A stretch of 63,813 nt of DNA, counting the filler. It is 11 parts of 11 records of this genome, joined end to end, with 100 filler letters (N's around TTAATTAATTAA, not from the genome) between each part and the next. Parts side by side here need not be neighbours in the genome. Positions count along the whole stretch, not along the records: positions 61,300 to 63,813 come from SRR9670534_1145; 10 more parts are not named here. The stretch is one strand, 5' to 3'. Positions 61,300 through 63,813 of this stretch are shown here, one piece after another. Position 1 is the first letter of the stretch. Every line of letters begins with the position of its first letter. The notes under the pieces were generated by a model. The model made no database searches and was not told where the DNA came from. It was given only the letters and a program-made list of their open reading frames with translations. Both the position numbers and the translations under genes were made by a program.

Positions 61300-63813
61300 T
61301 ATTCCATTTCATAAATTGGTAGGCCATGAGTATTCCATTCCAATTAATGATTGTGCCATATTAAACACAAGCTATTTTGTATCGTCCAATGTTGGGCCTA
61401 TTATTGCCAAAAGCTCGATTCCAAAACCAGATCCCAATTTAAACCCTGAAGTTTTGGCAAATCCTAAGGATTTGTCAAAACTCAGGGTATTCCAAATGAA
61501 TGTACATAAAAATTTGCATAAAAATTTCGAACTACAAAATTCACTCGCAAAAGAACAATGCCCAGTAGTTGCCCTCACTGAAACACATTTGCGAAAACAG
61601 GACCTGTACGTTCTACCTGATTATCAAGTATTCAGGGCCGACTGTAAGATAATGCCTAAAAAGTCAAAAGATGGCGGTGTGCTCATCGGTGTGCACAAAT
61701 CACTACATGTAGTGTGATCTTGTGTGCGCCGATGAAGTTAACGAATTTGTCGCTGTTAAAATTTTTAACAAACTTTTTAACATTTTGATAATGGTCGTAT
61801 ATCGCAGACCAGATGTCGACCCTGAGAAGAATGATCACTTATTCTTGGCAATGAAAAATTGTATTTTAAATTCTTGCAGGGACCATCTAGTTGACTTTTA
61901 TTCATGTAATATATTAGGTGACTTCAATATGAAAGAAATTATCTGGGATTCCTATGTTTTTCCTAAGAAACAACAAGGTATTCTAAGGACATTTATGGAC
62001 GAACTTATGTTTCAGAACATACCAGAACATACAATTTTTTGTAACACGGGAAAACAGTGTCCTTAACCTGTTTTTGACATCACGACCAGATAGTATATCT
62101 TCAAATAAGGTTATCCCATCCCAAGTGAAAAGTGATCATGATGCTATTGTTACAGAAATATTTTGCCTCCTAGATAAAAATATACAATTTACCAACAGGC
62201 ATTGTTGGAATAAGGTTAAGTGGGAAGATTTCAGTTTTGAACTAGATTACTTAGCATTGACCCTAACGTTGAATGATCTAGACTTTTCTACACAGGAAAA
62301 CGTCAATAGAAAATGGGGTGAAATTAAGAGTATAATTGATAAGGTTATTGTTTTACATGTACCTACATGTTCGCTTAAAACAAATTGCTTTCATTTAAAT
62401 CATATTGACGAAAGTGACATTCTTAAGGCGATGAAACATGATCAGAACAAAATTTTTGCTGAATGTAGACGTTTGAAAAATCCTTCTACCCTAAAAGCTA
62501 TTTTAAACAGGGCAAATAAGGATGTTCGTAGAAGGCTGCGCATTGAAGGCATACAGCAAGAACTGCAGGAGTCAGAGTTAGCTGACACTGATATGCCTAA
62601 ATACTGGAAAAATGTGACCAAAAAGTGGAAACCAGTTAATACCATTCCGGATATAGTCACTGAATCTGGGGAAATTTGTAAGTCAGATAAAACTGAAGCT
62701 GAAAGTTTTAATGCTTATTTTCAGTCTGTGTATACTCAGGATCCAAAAACTGAATTCCCCAGTACTAAGGCGAGGGCACCTTATTTAGATTTGACAAACT
62801 TCACAATTCTGGAATTAGACAATGCATTGAGTAAATTTAATTCTTTTTCAGCCCCAGGCATAGATGGTTATCCTCTAGCTATCTATAAATATGCAGGATA
62901 TGCCTTTAAAAGTTTTTTACTGGATTTTATAAATGGAATTGTTAGTAGGGGGTTCTATGTATCTAAATGGAAACGTAGTTGTATTAGCCCTATTTATAAG
63001 AAAGGCCCAAAAAATGCAATAGAAAATTACCGCCCCATGTCACTGACATGTACATGTTCAAAGATAGTAGAATCTCTATTGAGATGCCGTATTGAGAGCC
63101 ATTGGGAAACTCATAATTTCCTGTACAGCTCTCAGTACGGTTTTGTTAAAAACCGCAGCTGTATTACACAACTTATTGACTATATTAAATTTATTCTAGA
63201 ATTGTATGAACAAGGGGATCCAGTTGTTACAGTATATACAGATTTCAGGAAGGCTTTTGAGTCAAAAGTTTTGACTCAGTGAGTCATAATGCCATCCTGA
63301 ATCTGTTACTGACATGTGGCATTATGGGGGGCCCCTCTTATTTTATCAAAAATTTTCTTATTGGCCATCAACAATGCATTAGAATAGGAAACTATACCTC
63401 CGAGTACAAGGGCGTCTAGAGTGGTGTCCCCCAGGGTTCTGTCCTGGGGCCCCTGCTCTTTGTACTTCTAATTAATTCGGTTGATGAGGTATGTGATTCC
63501 AGCCATCTTTGGAAGTACGCAGACGACATGAAATTAAGTGCAATTTTAGCAAAGTATGAAGAGTTGCAAAAAGATGTCGATGCAGTTGCCGGGTGGGCAC
63601 ATGAGTGGCTTCTCAGATTCACTGAATCAAAATGCCACTCAGTGTTCTATTTTTGTAAGGAAGAATTAATCCCTGATACCCCTATCACTATTAATAATAT
63701 ACCTATTGATCGCATTGAGAAAGAAAGGGACCTAGGTGTTGTCATTGACGGCAAAGCCTACCAGTTCATGAATAGGTTACCATTTCATGAACTGGCCTAC
63801 CAGTTCATAAATT
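61300..63813 (+). mobile_element. Degenerate CR1/Jockey-type LINE ORF2 (APE + RT) with frameshifts near 61720, ~62060 and 63261 and a stop at 63416
   Basis: VALTETHL, YQVFRAD, GGVLIGV, VYRRP, ILGDFN, SDH, APGIDG, NYRPMSLT, QYGF, DFRKAF, SGVPQGSVLGPLLF, YADD and ERDLGV. Confidence 0.92.

Overview
This window is not one locus. It is 11 unrelated contigs joined by ten artificial 100-nt spacers (N44-TTAATTAATTAA-N44). Ten contigs come from a compact, very AT-rich invertebrate animal genome with short GT-AG introns (many 50-100 nt). They carry GDPGP1, RPRD1, an ADCY9-like adenylyl cyclase, RSRC2, CFAP161, an LRAT-like protein, an LRR-FN3-TM receptor, synaptotagmin-1, a carbohydrate sulfotransferase, an LDLa-domain protein, RPL15, ALG1, a tail-anchored TRIM, an ABCA transporter, a LAMP, a CBM9-like protein, an orphan secreted/receptor ORF and LINE retrotransposons. 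One contig (49251-53762) is bacterial (ileS type 2, class I/II aminotransferase, prs). The most unusual object is a ~7.1 kb non-LTR retrotransposon (22665-29788). Its four track ORFs lie in one reading frame (2230 codons, three single stops, no frameshift). The order is: two diverged tandem copies of an unrecognised ~230-aa domain, a 2A-like linker, RRM/SGNH-like ORF1 modules, an intron-like splice-site cluster, APE endonuclease, RT, then AATAAA and a (TGTTA)n tail. Other notable items are mutually exclusive Syt1 C2B exons flanked by a predicted long-range intronic duplex, ALG1 possibly nested in the RPL15 5' intron, a 7-exon gene nested antisense in a LAMP intron, and repeated templated-inversion scars. 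All calls come from reading motifs by eye; no searches were run.
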